Origin: Batkoa obscura
Taxonomy: Eukaryota
NCBI GenBank assembly: GCA_030770535.1
Contig: JASVEC010000018.1
Span: forward strand, 372,001 to 436,000
Direction of reading: 5' to 3'
Length of the DNA: 64,000 nt
The stretch's first letter is position 1. Each line of letters starts with the position of its first letter. The notes under the pieces are model-generated. The model made no database searches, had not been told where the DNA came from, and saw nothing but the letters and a program-made list of their open reading frames with translations. The translations under genes were made by a program, and so were the position numbers. Below, piece after piece: positions 40,789-53,177 of this stretch.

Positions 40789-41908
40789 GTATTAATTCCC
40801 AATTATATGGATTAGCTATATTATTTGAATTAAATAAATAATAGTTGATATTTAAATCTAATTGTTGTTCTTGTTGATGCTGATTATTATTATTTTGTCT
40901 TAATTTATAATCTAATAAACAATTATTATTAAATAAATAAATTAAAATTGAATTATTCATTGTATTATCTATATTTACTTCGATCCAATTGAATTTATTC
41001 ATACTAATTTCTACTATCTGTTGATTTAATAATATAATTAAATTATTATTTAATACTTTAAATAATAAACTATTTAATTGATTTTTTAATATGTCTACTT
41101 TAATTAATATATTATTATTATTATTATTATTATTATTAGAATATTGAATAATATCTTTTATTGATGTAATATCAAACAATAAATTTTCTATTGAAAAATT
41201 TAATTGTTGTTTTTGTGGTTTAACAAATATTGAATTAATTGAACTTAATTGATTGTTTTCAATAGTAAATATAAAATCACAGTTTAAATATTGATTGTTT
41301 TTAATAAATGAACTATTTAATTGATATTTGTAATATTCTGGTAATATAACAATATTTTGTTGATTTAATGAATGATAGTTATTTTCTCTATCTATATTAC
41401 TAAACCCAATAATCTCCTGTTCATTATTATAAATAGGCCATAAATTAAGTATAGTTTGATATTCTATAAATAAAATATATAATAATTGTTCCTTGTTTCT
41501 TTCATATAATGCTACCCAACCAATTCCTTGATCAAAATTTAATAAAGAAACTTGATCTTTATCTTCCATTCGAATGTCAATACCAATAGTACCAAATGAA
41601 TTTATAATGTTTTCAAATATTAATTCCCCATCAAATAAATTATCAATTGGGGAACAAATCCATAATTCATTATTGTTATTATATTTCATTATAAAATGAA
41701 TTTGTTTACTATTATATTTTAATAATAAATTATTATTTGTACGATAATTGGAAAGTGAAATTAAACTATTTTTATAATTTAATTGACTAGAGATAAAATA
41801 AGATTCATGAGATTCCAATTGATTTAATTCATTATCAATATTCATTTGAATATCAAAATTACTTTTCATTTGTTCATTATAATTACGATAAAATGTAAAT
41901 TCTAATAA

Positions 41909-41959
<51 letters not shown>

Positions 41960-43192
41960 TGTCATCCTATGATTTAATAATAAATTTTCCTCATTAATAG
42001 TAATAAAAGGTAATGGATCAATATTTGAATGAATTAATTCTAATTCAAAATTATTAATAAATAATAAACAATTTTTAAATACTAATAATTGTTCATTTAA
42101 ATATATATCAAAATAATTGTCAAATAATAATTGATCCCAAATAATAGTAAATATCCCCTGAGATATACAAGTTTGTATTATTATTTTTAATATAAAGGGA
42201 TCTTTAATTAATTGATTTTTAATATAAATTGATTTATTTTTAGTTGTATATTGTAAATCATCCATTTCATTTATAAACTTTTCAATATTATATTCATCAA
42301 ATTCTTCATTATTAGAACATTGATTCCCCTCTTTTTCAATTGGCTCTTTAATTGGACAAATTAAATCTATATCTTTTTTATATCTACTTAATAAATTTAT
42401 ACTATTGTTACTAATAATGGGTAACATTATGTTATTATATCTAAAATAGAATATAAATCAAATAAATTATAAATATATAATAATACAATTATTTTACCTT
42501 AGAAAATTGACTATTCCATTAATAAATACAGATTCTATTCCCATTGTATAAGATTTTTGATTTGGCCATGACATGTTTAATCCAATAATACAACCCTCTT
42601 CATCAATTGTGTTAATATCTTTAATTAAATTACATAAATTACTCAGATATAATTTTAAATCTTTCAATAATTGAACATAAAATCCTGAATTCATTATATC
42701 ATTCCATTCTACTTTTTTTTCATCTAACTCATAAACAATATCAATATTTTCTTTAACTAAAAACTGTATTATAATTGAAAACTTATTTTCATTTAATAAT
42801 TTAATAATCTTATTAATCTTATTAAAATAATGCTCTATTGATACTTCTTTTTCATTGATACTTAATCCTTTATTTTTCCAAATTACTAAATATTCAATTA
42901 CATTCAATTTCAATTGAATCATATTAACACCTAGATTTTTGTATACTCTCACTTTCTTTTCTAATTTTTCTTCATTTATATCCAAATCAACCCCAATTAA
43001 TATACTATTTTTTCCATTGATAATGAAGCTGGAGTCATTGGAAACAGGATGGGGATAAGTTAAGTTACCATGGGGATGAGAATATTCTTCAAATAAAAGT
43101 TGCTTTGGGTAAAATATATGATGTAATTTGAGATATAGATAGTAAAGGATAAATGAAAAGATACTTAATACTAAAACTAATTTGAATAACAT
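40415..43192 (-). CDS. Membrane-anchored, Asn-rich, diverged GH35 beta-galactosidase-like protein
   Basis: ORFs 42494-43192 and 40415-42427 join in frame through intron 42441-42497; N-terminal TM segment; SFIINGK...YKNLGVNMIQ resembles the GH35 N-terminus. Confidence 0.55.
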
Positions 43193-43661
43193 TATTACTT
43201 ATTGATGATGGGATCTTTTTTATATATTATTCGTTATAAAGATAAAATGATATCTTACTTTCTTTAGTTTATTAGGAATCCATTTCAGTTACGTAATATA
43301 GATATTAATGAATTGTCAAGAGATAAATTGAGTCAATAAAAGCCATTCATTTAGTTAACAAGTTTATTTTAATTTGTTAATTTTTTTATTTGAAAATATC
43401 ACTGCTTTTTTTAGATTACGAATCATTCATTGATCGTTTATTAAGTAACTTAAAATTTAAAAATATGGGCTAATAAAATCTTAAAAGATATTACTATAAT
43501 TAATATTTTTTACTTTATTAATAGTAACACTTTATTTTAAATGATTAATTATTTTTATTATTAAAGTTAATAATAAAAACATTAAAGAAAGTATAACACA
43601 GTTAAAAATTAGACATTTATATTAAAATAAAGCAAATAACTTAATGCAATATGACTGACTA

Positions 43662-43766
43662 TATGAGGATGTTTTTTGGTTTTATCACACTTTGTCATTT
43701 TTTAAGCACTATTTAAGTGAAAAGATTGTTAGTAAAATTCTTAAACAAAAAAAATATATTTTCATA
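43662..43766 (+). mobile_element. MITE copy
   Basis: TATGAGGATG...AAGCACTATTTAAGTGAAAAGATTGTTAGTAAAATTCTTAAAC. Confidence 0.82.
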
Positions 43767-44703
43767 TATATATGAAATGTAAATTGAGTTTTAAAATGAT
43801 CTTATAAATATAAAATGAGTTGACTGTTAATAGATAGGATTAAATATTCAGTAATTAATAGAAGAATTCATTATGTGAAATCTTAACTAATATAGGAATG
43901 AACGTAAAGGGAAGTTATCTTTGAATTTCTACAATTAAACAATATTTAAAGTAACTTTAATAATTGTAATCTAATTAAATAATCTTATAATTTTCTAATA
44001 TTTAAATAATAGCCTAGTTATTATAAACAAGTCATCATTATATTAATTTCATTATGACCATTATCTTTAATCTAAATAATTATTCAATGCTTAATAAGAT
44101 CTATTCTACTGTTTCTTATATAAAGTATTAGTTTAAAACCGTTATTTACTTTTATAATATCAAGAGTACTAATTATATTTGATCAATAATGAAATTAAAT
44201 AATAATGAAACTGATATTGATATTAAAAAATGAATTTAATATTAAATTGTTGTTGAACCTTTATTTAAAATTATAAATCAATTAATTGATCTAAATAAAA
44301 TAGATTTAAAATAAGAGCAGTATTAGAATTAATTAACATATTAAAAATAACTATAAAATTGAGTTTTAGTTTTAATTTAGTTAATAGTAAATACTAAATA
44401 TATATATTAAAAAACAGTTATTTCAAATGAAATTAAACCTGTATTTTTAATATTAATATTTATTATAAGATATTTTTTAATATTATCTTTGAATATACTA
44501 TGTAGATCTTCAAATTAAAGTTAAACTATTCTCATAAAAGATTTAAAAGCTAACTTTTTATTTAAAAAAATAGATCGGATATGAATGTAAATCAATAAAT
44601 AAATCAAACTTAATAAATATCAAAAAAAAGCTATCAATATTTAAAATTAATTCTTTATTTAATCTTACTTCAATTAATCATATAAAATAAAATAAAAAGC
44701 ACA

Positions 44704-45216
44704 ATGTCAAAACTTATCATCTTATTCTATCTCTTCTATCTATCATTAAATGGCTACATTCACACTTCAATTAATACACATAAAGGTCTATTAATCCCAC
44801 GAGAAGTCAGTGGCTTAACATTTAACAAATTAGATGATAAATCCATAGAAGAACCTGACAATGGGGATGATAATAGTGGGGAATACGATTTCAGTGTTCG
44901 AGAACTCAACAAATATATTGAAAGAGTGGAACAAAGTAAACAAAGTCATAATCGACTAGAATTAGAACTATATGAAAAAGAAAAAGAATTATTAGCAAGT
45001 AAAAAGAAGGTAGCTTTAGCCGAAAGTATCTTAAAATATCACCAAGATAATTTAGAGAAATATCAAAAATTATTAAGTGAAAGGGAAAAAAAATATCATC
45101 ATGATATGGAACAAAAGATTCAACAAAAAGTTAAGGTGGAAAAGGAATTAAGGGAGAAAAAATTATTACAATTTGAGATGGAAGAGAAAAAACGTCGATT
45201 ATTAGCTGGATTGTAA
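44704..45216 (+). CDS. Predicted secreted coiled-coil protein of unknown function
   Basis: 170 aa, hydrophobic N-terminus, E/K/Q-rich helical C-terminal half. Confidence 0.7.
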   Translation: MSKLIILFYLFYLSLNGYIHTSINTHKGLLIPREVSGLTFNKLDDKSIEEPDNGDDNSGEYDFSVRELNKYIERVEQSKQSHNRLELELYEKEKELLASKKKVALAESILKYHQDNLEKYQKLLSEREKKYHHDMEQKIQQKVKVEKELREKKLLQFEMEEKKRRLLAGL

Positions 45217-45756
45217 AGATAAGCAAATGGGATAGTTGTGTTAAGTATTTATTTAAAATAAATTGCAATTAATTTTAGAACTTTTTAGAATTTAGTTTTA
45301 ATTATTTACTTATCCTACTTAAGTTGTATTATTTCATTGCTAATAAGTTATATTTGATTGATCTGGATAAAACTAATTTTGTTTTAATTCATTTTATATA
45401 AATTAAGTTGAAAATAAATAAATTAATATTAATATTAATATTATTTAAATTCATTAATACTAAAATTTATATAGTAATTGTTCAATTTAAATTTCATTTG
45501 TTTTTACCCTTTAATTAGTTTAAGGCATAAAATGAAGTCAATAATCCCAAAAATAAGAGGGGAAAAGACATCAAGATAACCACAATCGAGGGGAAAAATT
45601 GAAAATGCTTTAGAAACTTTTAAAAAATCTTCATAAAGTGCATAAATTTCATTAAAAACCATAATAATAATAATAATCTAATATCAAAATAAATAGATAT
45701 AAAAAGAATCTAAATTGATATTAAAAAACCGTAACTTTATTATTCTAATTTCAATA

Positions 45757-46410
45757 ATGTTATTCAATATCAATTGTTGTCCTTTAATCTTTCTACTCCT
45801 AACTAATTTCAGTTTAAGTTTAACTACAAGTTTTGGCACAGGTTCCGGTTTAACCTTAGTCAAATTAAGTCAAATTTTTCAACCTTGTGGAGTAGAAAAT
45901 AGTATAGCACCTGGAGAAAGCATCTCATGTTCAAAGGCATTACCGTTGATTCAATCTGCCGCTTCGAAATACTCTTTAACCACGAATGAGCAATTAGCCT
46001 TTTACTTATCCACCATAGCTATTGAATCAGGTAATCTTTCCTTCAATAAAAATCATTTCCCCGGACGTATAGGTCAAGGAACATACAGTATGTTAATGAG
46101 TCCTAATTTATATGCATTCTACAAAACCGAAATCAATAACAATTCTATTCAATATAATGAAAATGATGATAATTCGAAAGCCCAATTATTAAATTATTTA
46201 AACCAAAATGAGCTCTATTTCTTACCAGGTGCTTGGTGGATTGCTAAAGGGGCTGGAGAAATTCAAAATTCTTCTTGTAATTCATTGAAAAATGATTTGG
46301 TTAACGCTGATACTAGTAAAGTAGCTCAATTGTTTACTACTTGCTTAGGAGTCGATGGTATGTCTAGAGTTTCCGCTTATAAAAATGCTTTACAGGTCTT
46401 GAATTCCTAA
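45757..46410 (+). CDS. Secreted lysozyme/GH19-like fold protein
   Basis: First ATG at 45757, signal-like N-terminus, LAFYLSTIAIESGNL...NHFPGRIGQGT motif, several Cys. Confidence 0.65.
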   Translation: MLFNINCCPLIFLLLTNFSLSLTTSFGTGSGLTLVKLSQIFQPCGVENSIAPGESISCSKALPLIQSAASKYSLTTNEQLAFYLSTIAIESGNLSFNKNHFPGRIGQGTYSMLMSPNLYAFYKTEINNNSIQYNENDDNSKAQLLNYLNQNELYFLPGAWWIAKGAGEIQNSSCNSLKNDLVNADTSKVAQLFTTCLGVDGMSRVSAYKNALQVLNS

Positions 46411-47216
46411 AACTTTAATAAAATTGAGTTTCTGTGTTAATATTTCTTTTGTAGAGTTTATTGTTTATATTATTATTATTATTAAAAGTAAATGATAAAA
46501 TGGATTGAATCTAAAGATATTAGGGTTTTGATTGAATGAATTCAAATAACTGGTAGTAAATAGAGTTGGCTATATGTTTATTTGTAAAATACAGATAATA
46601 AAATATTAGCAATTTAATGTAATTTGATATCAAAGACATCAATATTTTTTTAAATTGAACTCATAAATTAAAAATGACACTATATTATGCAGTTTGATTA
46701 AGTAAATAAAAGATATATCATTGTTTAATACAGGTTAATTTAGTAATAATACATAATCTTAATATAATGGGCATGTATAATATCTTTTAAGGACATAGTA
46801 ATGTTTTGTCTTTTGTATATCAAGGCATTACTATAAATTCTGCATTAAATTTTAATTTTACTTTAGCTGAGTTTAAATTGAGCCAATTGAAACTCTGGTT
46901 ATTTTATAAATAGAGCTGAAGTAATTAAAAAAGGGGAAGGAATTGAGTACAAAATTGAAAATATCAAATTGATATTTTTAATGAATATAAAATAAATATA
47001 CTAAACTATTAAAATGATTTACTAAAAATAATACAATTCAAATATAAAATGTTAAGCATTATGACTTTATTTTATTTATCCAAAAAAAATTAAAAGGATA
47101 TTTTATATTTTTATATTTTTATATTTTTATCTATATCATAGTAAAAAAGTATAGTATTTTAAAATGCTTAATGATCATATATGATGACTACAAAATTGTT
47201 TATATCATATTAAAAC

Positions 47217-48848
47217 TTACATTACCTTAATCAAATCTTCATCAAGCTCACTCAGTTTAAATTCCACACCAACACCCATAAGTGATTGGTAATAACCAAC
47301 TCCTTCATCTTTCAGCTCTATTTCTTCATCACCAACATCCATAACTGATTGATAAAATTCAGCTGCCTTATCAAACCTTTTAACATGACGTAACTCTCCA
47401 TTTGGATATTTATTATTTGGGTGTTTAAGTCTACAACCAACTTTAAAACATTTGCCAGCAAAAGAACATTTTTTAAGACGATGACTAGGAAGGATCTGCT
47501 TAGGATGATATAATTGGCAATCATAGCCAAGGCAATCTTCTTCAAGGAAACATCTTACTCCAATAATAGAATATGGGTTTAGATTAGCATACCTACGTAG
47601 CTTATGTATATACATACAATCAGGGAGAGTGCATGCTTCATCATACCTACAAATCATGGCTTCCTCAATAGGGTGAACAAAAAGGCATTGTCTGGTTTTA
47701 TAACCTTCGCAAGTATTCCCATTTTCACATTTTTCAGTTGGATGAAAATATGTACAACTACTGTTATCACAGCCTGGAAAATTAATGCATTTGATACGTT
47801 TAATATAATTGGGTTTGTAGTGATTATAGCTTTGAAATGGGGTTGAATTCACTACTGGTATTGGCATTGGTCCTGATCCTATCACTTTTGTTTGAGATGG
47901 CAATCCTGTACTAGATTGGCTGTTAATAGGGCTAGTCGCATGGTTTTGCTTCTGTGGGTGCCTATTACGTGTAGGATAAGGGTCACTTATATTCTTTCCT
48001 AAACGAGAGAAAACAGATGCACTTTTAATAATTGGTTGCTTACTGCCAGTTTTTTTCTGGTTATCAGCATGAGGAGACGATGGCGAGATAGGTGAATTTT
48101 TGGAAGGCGTAGGCTGTTCTATTTTAGTAGTTATCTTTGAACTAGAGCGAATGAAAGAAATCTTCTCCTTCATAGGAGTTGATTCCTTACGAGATTGAGA
48201 TTGTTGTCTGACGTGATTAGATGTTGATGACTGATCAAACGGCGTGTTTGGCCGACCATTTCTAATTGCATCGCTAGAGTCTTGATCATTAGGACTTAAT
48301 GATGGTGCTTTGTTATTAGATACAAGTTTAGAAGAGCGAGTGAAGGAAAGTCCTTTACTTTGAATTACCTCTTTAATTTTTGTAGTATCAGAATGTGAGC
48401 GCCTTTGACTTGGAGATCTTAGTTCGTTTTCATAATGTGGGTTACTGCGCTTAAATGATAATGAAGTTTTCCTTTCACTTCTATTTTCAAGAAACCTTTC
48501 AGGCACTCTGGTGTTAGAAGATGAATTAAATGATATAGGTCTTCGGCGCATGTCTGAGTCTCTATCCAAGTCCTTTCTTTCTGATACTCTGCTATCTGGA
48601 GACCTAATATGACGATTTTCATTGCGATAGTTATTACGATTATCTAGTTGCTCCCTTTGGGGGCGGTGATCATTATTATTTTGATGTGAGCGAACCCTTG
48701 GAGTATGGGCTTCCTGCCTACGCACTAATTCTTTTTCAACAGTGGTTGTAAGGCTAGGCAAATCTTTAGGCGTTTTTATATCTTTGAAAGCTCTCAGGAG
48801 GATACGAGAGTTACGAGCGCTTTCTTTAGTATTGTTAGTTGACGACAT
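47217..48848 (-). CDS. CCCH zinc-finger protein, Nab2/ZC3H14-like
   Basis: Five tandem C-x5-C-x4/6-C-x3-H fingers after a long Ser/Arg-rich disordered region; intronless. Confidence 0.75.
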   Translation of the reverse strand: MSSTNNTKESARNSRILLRAFKDIKTPKDLPSLTTTVEKELVRRQEAHTPRVRSHQNNNDHRPQREQLDNRNNYRNENRHIRSPDSRVSERKDLDRDSDMRRRPISFNSSSNTRVPERFLENRSERKTSLSFKRSNPHYENELRSPSQRRSHSDTTKIKEVIQSKGLSFTRSSKLVSNNKAPSLSPNDQDSSDAIRNGRPNTPFDQSSTSNHVRQQSQSRKESTPMKEKISFIRSSSKITTKIEQPTPSKNSPISPSSPHADNQKKTGSKQPIIKSASVFSRLGKNISDPYPTRNRHPQKQNHATSPINSQSSTGLPSQTKVIGSGPMPIPVVNSTPFQSYNHYKPNYIKRIKCINFPGCDNSSCTYFHPTEKCENGNTCEGYKTRQCLFVHPIEEAMICRYDEACTLPDCMYIHKLRRYANLNPYSIIGVRCFLEEDCLGYDCQLYHPKQILPSHRLKKCSFAGKCFKVGCRLKHPNNKYPNGELRHVKRFDKAAEFYQSVMDVGDEEIELKDEGVGYYQSLMGVGVEFKLSELDEDLIKVM

Positions 48849-49448
48849 TTTTGAAAAAATAAATAAATAAATGGCTAGTTTCCCCCCTTTTTATAGTTGA
48901 ACTGTATCACTAAGTGAATGGTTAATGATTCATGAATTATAGTCCAATCACATTGAGATTATCCTTTTTTGAGGCTAAACACTGGAGGCTGGTAAGGGAT
49001 TTTGAATCTGATTTAATTTCTAATCACAAAGTTACTTTTATGCAGTAGAACTTCACGGTTAGCCAATCAGAGTTAAAATATATAGCAAAGCTTAGCCCTT
49101 GTCATAAGTTGATCTAGATTGGCTTAAAAAAATGAGTAGGAGTAATAGTAGTTTATTTTCAACACAAACTATGACTATGACATTAAGTCAATTTTATTAA
49201 CACTATTATAATTTAAAATTACGATTTGTAGTCTGTAATTTTTTATCAATATTAGCTATAGCATCTAATTGTAATTGTTGAATTTAAATTTAAAATAGTT
49301 AGCATTATAACATAACTATGGTAGATTATTTATAATAAAATGTGCAAAAATTTTATTAAAAAATCAAAAATAGGTTCTAATTTTTATTTATTTCTTGATG
49401 ATTAAGCATATTAAATAGTTTATTATATTGTCTCCTATTTATTCAATA

Positions 49449-49547
49449 TATGGGGATATATTTTTTTGTTTAAGAATTTTACTAACAATCTTTCCAATTA
49501 AATAGCACTTAATATAAAAGTAATGGAATCAAAAAAACATCCCCATA
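49449..49547 (-). mobile_element. MITE copy
   Basis: TATGGGGATA...AAAAACATCCCCATA. Confidence 0.85.
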
Positions 49548-49770
49548 TCAATTTCTTAAGTTTACCTTTGTATACTATTTTGCGAAAAATCGCTTTTGTA
49601 TATTAAAAATCATACTTTAAAGCAACATAAATAACATCTTATCTTTGGTGTCTTACTGACACATCTCTTATTCAAAATTATTTAGTTACTAACATTTTCT
49701 AAAATTCTACAAAAAAAGGCTTTGTATCTTAAACTTTATTATTTAAGATTGCATTTTCAAAAAAAATAAT

Positions 49771-51474
49771 TTAATCTTCTTTTAGTCTATTATCCATACT
49801 GTTTTTTGTAGCAGCAAAAGAGAGTAAATAGGATACAAAACAGCTCAATGAATACAGACTGGCTAAAATTAGTAAAAGTGTAACAAAATAAAGATCAATT
49901 CCATTGGCTTTTATGACCCCCATTTCTTCACTAATTGGTATCAGATGTCTAATTTCACACGGTAGCTTTCCATCACTGGAAACATACGGCTCAAATAATC
50001 TACAAGCTTTTGCTGTATATGCATGTTGTTCAAACAGATCCGCAGCTGAATTTTTTTTCTTACTATTATGATGGACAATTGTTTTCATCCTAATTATATT
50101 ACTTTGAATCTGATTATCTTTATCTTCGATCACAGCTTCTATCTGATCTAATAAGCTTTGGGGCGTAAAAGTATCCAAATCGACAAACTGTCCAACCCCC
50201 ATCTCTTCTATCTTACGTCCATTTCGAAACTGATCTCCAAATAGAGCTAGGCATAGGATCGGAGTACCTGCAAGTAATGATTCAAAAGTAGACTCAGAGC
50301 CTCCGTGAGATATAAATAGCTTGGTATTTTTGTGCTCTAAAATTGGCACTTGTGGTGTCCAAGGCATCAATTTAATATTTGAATATTCGTTATTAAATAT
50401 AGATTTTGTTTCAATTTGTTTGGAATTAATTGTTATGTGTGTTGGGAAATCTTCTTGTTTTGTTCTTCCTAAACCCCAAATGATACCATCTATAAATCCA
50501 TGATCAATAGCTTGGATTGAAGCTTCTAATAGCTTTTTTGCCAATATAGCATCTAGTACAGAATTTGATCCAAAAGCTATAAACAGTACCTTCTGATGAG
50601 AATTTAAGAAATCTTCAAAGTCTTTTGATAGTATTTGTTTATTTTCAGAGATAATAGGTCCTAACTGATAAATATTAGGAGTAGTAGGTACAGCTGGCTC
50701 AAATCCAACAAATGTATTAGCAACTATTAAACCATAATTCAGGTTACCAAATACATCTTTACCTTTGGGTAAATTATATTTCTGTTTGATTTTATTGATC
50801 TTTCTATTGAATGGTAGTAAATATCTCATCTCTAAAACCTGCTCAATGATTAAATTATAAAATCTTTCAAAAAATGACATTTTATCTGTATAAATTGGTC
50901 CATAGCCCATACTCTTTGTAATATAAGGTGCTGTTACAAACCCCATAATATCAGTAGTTTGAAGCCCAATGATCAATGGAATACCTAAGCTCCTTGAAGC
51001 ATCTAAACAAGGGTGAGATGCAAAATCACATACTATCATATCCGGCTTATGTTCTTTTAAATACTTGATCAATGGTTGGTACAATGTTGAATAAGATCTT
51101 TCCACCACAGGTATCAATGAAGTACTGATCCTTCGCATTGGATCAAACTCTCTTTTCTTATTTGATAAATTTAAGCTCATGATATCTCGTATCTCTTCTG
51201 AAGTCATCATAGCTGGGCCAAGTGTATAATTGTTAAAAGTATACCCACTCATAAAGGGCATGTTGTCTTCTAAAGCTATATAAGTCACCTCATGTCCTCT
51301 TTTATGTAAAACTTGACCAATTTCTAATATTGGTTTTATGTGAGAACGACCACCAAAGCCTGAGTGCAAAGCTATTTTTAAATTACCGGAAGTAGGTAAA
51401 TCAAAAGCTGGTTGTTTGTTGCATGAGACTGAAATTAGTTGAAATAGAATTGGAAATAAAAAACCTAGTTTCAT
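49771..51474 (-). CDS. UDP-glycosyltransferase (GT1) with signal peptide and C-terminal TM, copy 2 (intact)
   Basis: 567 aa; signal MKLGFLFPILFQLISVSC; GGRSHIK; UGT signature WTPQVPILEHKNTKLFISHGGSESTFESLLAGTPILCLALFGDQ; C-terminal TM helix. Confidence 0.92.
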   Translation of the reverse strand: MKLGFLFPILFQLISVSCNKQPAFDLPTSGNLKIALHSGFGGRSHIKPILEIGQVLHKRGHEVTYIALEDNMPFMSGYTFNNYTLGPAMMTSEEIRDIMSLNLSNKKREFDPMRRISTSLIPVVERSYSTLYQPLIKYLKEHKPDMIVCDFASHPCLDASRSLGIPLIIGLQTTDIMGFVTAPYITKSMGYGPIYTDKMSFFERFYNLIIEQVLEMRYLLPFNRKINKIKQKYNLPKGKDVFGNLNYGLIVANTFVGFEPAVPTTPNIYQLGPIISENKQILSKDFEDFLNSHQKVLFIAFGSNSVLDAILAKKLLEASIQAIDHGFIDGIIWGLGRTKQEDFPTHITINSKQIETKSIFNNEYSNIKLMPWTPQVPILEHKNTKLFISHGGSESTFESLLAGTPILCLALFGDQFRNGRKIEEMGVGQFVDLDTFTPQSLLDQIEAVIEDKDNQIQSNIIRMKTIVHHNSKKKNSAADLFEQHAYTAKACRLFEPYVSSDGKLPCEIRHLIPISEEMGVIKANGIDLYFVTLLLILASLYSLSCFVSYLLSFAATKNSMDNRLKED

Positions 51475-51575
51475 TTTTTGAGAAAGACAAATTTTTAAGT
51501 TGGATTTTAATAATAAATAGGAATGTTACATAATTGATTCAAGTCTTCTATGCATAATGAGAATTGTTCGAATTT

Positions 51576-51674
51576 TATGGTATATTTTTTTGCTTAAAAA
51601 TTTTACTAAAAAATTTTCCACTCAAATAGCGTTTAAAAATCGAAGAAGCAACAAAATCAAGAAGTACCCCTATA
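51576..51674 (-). mobile_element. MITE copy, diverged
   Basis: TTTTCCACTCAAATAGCGTTTAAAAA core, ends ACCCCTATA. Confidence 0.75.
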
Positions 51675-52535
51675 TCCTATTGATTTTAGCTCAATAAAAT
51701 TATTGTTCTTTTTTATAAATACTGCCAGAAAAATTATAAAAAGACTTAAAATAAAAAAGCAGCTTTCTAAGTATAACTATAAAATATTTTGAAAGTTTTA
51801 TACTATAAAGTAGTCATAACTTTTATAAATAAAATCATATATAGCTAGTGTAAAAAGTAAACTTTATATATGATAACAATAAAGCATAATAAGGTATTAT
51901 AAAATTAAAGAAGTGGTGTAGATAATAGTATATTAAATTAAATTAAATTAAATTAAAAAAATGGGCTTAAAAGATCAATTTTTATAAAATGTACTATCTA
52001 GCCTTAATTTGCTTCCTCCCCCGTCCACTTAATTTCCTCGACGTTCTCTATTCACTACCCAGTTTAAGTTTTCTATCAGGAGTCTTTGCACTTTCTACTA
52101 GATTATAAGCTTGACAAAAAATTTCTATTTTTAAATTTAATAAATAGACAATCTCATGACTTTCTTTTAATCCCATCTCTCTTCACTCGGCGAGGAATCC
52201 TTTAGAGATTGGAAAGAAATACATTTCATCTTGCCACTCTACATCTACTAAGAGTAGTAATATGCCTGATTCTATTTCTACACTCTCAGCCAGACTCGTT
52301 TAAGTGTTGTGATCACTTAAGTTCACCAACCTAGGTATTTAGTATATTATTTTGATCAATAGAGTATTTAAGGGTAACGCTCTATAAAATAAAAAATACA
52401 GAGAAGCCGTCAAGTTCAACAAATACTTTATTATAGTCAATTGATTTCGAAAATGCTATCTATTGATATTTGGCAGTGGAATCAGCAACTATTTAAATAA
52501 ATCCTTCTAACAGCAAACTATAATATCTAAATAAA

Positions 52536-53177
52536 TTAGCGGCTTGAGCGTTTTTTGTCCTTGTAATTAACAATAATTATAGATAAGGTAAACAAAAAAA
52601 TATCCAAATTTTCTTCTCGAATACGATAATTCTGATTTAAGGTGTGCGTCTTAGATGAGTAGGCGTTATATATAAGAAGTTTGTTCAGAGAACATGAATC
52701 TAATAATGTCCACCTAAAACCAGAGTGTGTCGATATCCAAGTATACTTAACTACTTCTCCACTTACCTTATTCATAGTAATAAGATAAGTCGGAACTGAA
52801 TCCAGGGCTTCATATTTGAATGTAATAGTTGAATACCTTTCAGACCAATGATTAAAAGCAACTATCTCACAGCTTGTAGATGACTCTGAAATAACACTCT
52901 GGTTTAGTTTTAATATACATGTATTATGCTTGGTAAGATATTTTGCTTCTTTATTTGATATTATACTTTTGAATGATACCCCGCCTTGCCTATTTACTAT
53001 GTCTACTTGCTTTTCAAAAAATCCTCCAACTGTTACTGTATAACTTGCTACTTTGATTGTTGGCTTACTTAATCCAGTAATAATAGCATATTCATTTTTT
53101 AATATTATTGTAGGGCTTATAGTCTGTTGAGATTTCTTTTTATTGTTTATTATACTTGTTAAAAAGCTAAACCCCAT
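52536..53177 (-). CDS. Tubby-C/LURP-one/scramblase-like family member 9 (paralog of 19313-19933)
   Basis: 213 aa; KVASYTVTVGGFFEKQV...IFLFTLSIIIV. Confidence 0.78.
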   Translation of the reverse strand: MGFSFLTSIINNKKKSQQTISPTIILKNEYAIITGLSKPTIKVASYTVTVGGFFEKQVDIVNRQGGVSFKSIISNKEAKYLTKHNTCILKLNQSVISESSTSCEIVAFNHWSERYSTITFKYEALDSVPTYLITMNKVSGEVVKYTWISTHSGFRWTLLDSCSLNKLLIYNAYSSKTHTLNQNYRIREENLDIFLFTLSIIIVNYKDKKRSSR

